64,000 nt of DNA from Pseudogymnoascus verrucosus (Eukaryota). Numbering within the stretch: the stretch's first letter is position 1; the number at the start of each line of letters is the position of its first letter. The translations under genes and the position numbers were made by a program. Positions 62,182 through 64,000 of this stretch are shown in pieces. The notes below the pieces were generated by a model, which made no database searches, was not told the DNA's origin, and worked only from the letters and a program-made list of their open reading frames with translations. The stretch lies in the NCBI GenBank assembly GCA_001662655.1, contig KV460248.1. The stretch is one strand, 5' to 3'.

Positions 62182-62919
62182 TGCGCTTTATAGTGATATT
62201 TGGTTGCTGGTTGCTGGTCGAGCACTCAAGAGCGTAACTTGGCTTGGTAGTGGAAAAGATAAGAAAGAACAGGTTTCTTGCTCGTTGGGATTGGTAACAA
62301 CTCGACAAACACAATACGTTTTGGAGACACTGAGATTTTTTAAAAATAATAATTTTGCCAGCCTGTAGAGAGAACTGAAGATGGTAAGATGGTAAAAAGG
62401 CTGGAAATCGAAGGAATTTCGAAGGTCCAAATACCTTCTGGAAGTGAGACAATTGCTAAAGTACTGTTCATGTGTACGGCAAGATGAACATCATGGGACC
62501 TCAAAGTTGCGAACACACGCGCACGTATAACAGGGAAACGGAAGTTAACTTGTTTTAGATGGGGCTGAAATCAAGACTGGGCGATGGGATCTTCAGCTAC
62601 ATGACAAGCTGTCTCATCCTGTGTCGCCGAGTATTTAACATGTAGACCCATCACCTGAAGGTATTGGTCGTCTTGAGGGCGTGTTGGGGCGGGACGGCGA
62701 GGTTGGGAGGGGTCGCGAGGGTGCTGCAGGTTCTAAGTGGGTTTATTTACGCGACTAGTAATGACTTGCAGTGAATGGCACAAGACGGCACCGCCTCTCC
62801 AGATTACGTAGGACAGCCACACCACGAGTTACAGGTGTTACAGGTGCTACAGATCTTAAATCTTCTTCTTGTTCGTACTACATATATTTTTTATATAGTA
62901 AAAACACCTCCAAAGTGTC

Positions 62920-64000
62920 TCAAACCAGGGGCTTCGACATCGGTGCAATGACGCCTTGCTTAAGAAGAATCCTGGGCTTCGTCGCATCCTGGAATGTCTC
63001 CTTAGTTGTCCACTCTGGACCAACAGGTAACCTGAGCGACCTCTCGTATTGGGCTCTGGTCTCAAACGGATGAGGAAGGCTGCTAGCCAAATATTTCACA
63101 TTCTGCGATGAATAGTTAGTTTCACAATCCATTTCTTCAACGACGCCTCCATGTCGCGTAGGATACCATCACATACCTTCTTCACCCTCTTTTCATTGAT
63201 GATCACCTTGTCCAACTTCACATCTTTCCTGTCTTTCTCCTTAATCCCTTCGGTCTTCACCATGTTGCGGCCCTTATTCCGTGCCTTAGATTTCTTTCCC
63301 AGTCCATCTCCGGTCCAGCTACCCCAGCCAGGGAGCGTATTGTCGACAACCTTCTCGTCTTCATCCTCGACAACCTGGCGCTTCTCAGCCTCAAACTCAC
63401 CGACAACGTCAGCACCGGCGAATGCACGCGCAATAAGTGCTTGGTCACGGATTGCAAAGGGCAACTTAGGCCCCGCCTCTTCGTCACTGTCGTCATCTGA
63501 TGAGACATGTAGGGTTGTCATCCCAGCCGCAGTGGATTTTTTCTTCCCACCAAGTTTACCCTTGGGCTTGAATGGAGCGGCAATCATCGACACGTTGGTA
63601 AGATCGAGCTCATCTGTGGCGCCTGAGGCATGGGCATTTTGCTTTCGACGGCGAGCGTCTGACGATTCAGCTGCATTCTTTCTTGAGCTGACCTGAGACC
63701 AGGCGCCGCCTTCGTGCGCCTCATCGGCCGAAGTTATGGGTGGAACTGCCGCCTGCTTAGGTGCATGAGAATGACGCATGGTACTGCTCGACTCTTTGTC
63801 ATTGTTTGAACCCTTTGAGGTTGACTTATTTCGCTCTCGGGTTACTTGCGAAGGTTCTTCGCCATGCTCGCCGTCGGATTCTTGCTGATTGCTCGTTTCA
63901 TTAGAACCATTCTGGGCAGCTTTTTGGCTCCCTGGGCCAAAGGTACGACGCCCAATATCTTCAACGACCTCGTCTTCTGGCTCGACACTCCCCGTGGTTA
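62920..64000 (-). CDS. UTP14: U3 snoRNP / SSU processome component Utp14, 3' part
   Basis: AFAGADVVGEFEAEK..LPGWGSWTG..RKDVKLDKVIINEKRVKK|NVKYLASSLPHPFETRAQYERSLRLPVGPEW..PRILLKQGVIAPM. Confidence 0.95.

Overview
Gene-dense euchromatic segment of a filamentous ascomycete (Pezizomycotina) chromosome. The evidence is short GT-AG introns with CTRAY branch sites, a dispersed 5S rRNA gene and fungal-type proteins. The style suggests a Leotiomycete such as Pseudogymnoascus, but that is only an impression. About 22 protein-coding genes are supported. In order they are FAT1-like acyl-CoA synthetase (partial), YIF1, SRP receptor alpha, RRP43, a Crt1/LacpB-type lactose/cellodextrin permease, a two-exon small secreted Cys-rich protein, an HsbA-like protein, a DUF3712 protein, an unknown membrane protein, a DUF7053-like protein, an ADGF/CECR1-type adenosine deaminase, SRP40, SEC3, DNAJC9, a USP-domain protein, a secreted beta/gamma-crystallin-motif protein, an unknown conserved protein, a cytochrome P450, RIB3, COQ3, a four-finger C2H2 transcription factor, FBP1, a GH81 glucanase and UTP14 (partial). 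Two accessory-looking islands interrupt the housekeeping genes. The first (about 13.9-17.8 kb) holds the secreted Cys-rich peptide, HsbA and a broken SesB-like NLR hydrolase cut by a RIP-like solo-LTR candidate. The second (about 42-45.5 kb) holds the crystallin-motif protein, a 160-bp promoter duplication, the 5S gene and a probable decayed multi-exon gene. I found no clear multi-gene novel system or biosynthetic cluster. The best leads are the two small secreted proteins, a possible myristoylated deaminase isoform, and a striking oscillating strand asymmetry in base composition. All family assignments are from recognition of motifs, not database searches.
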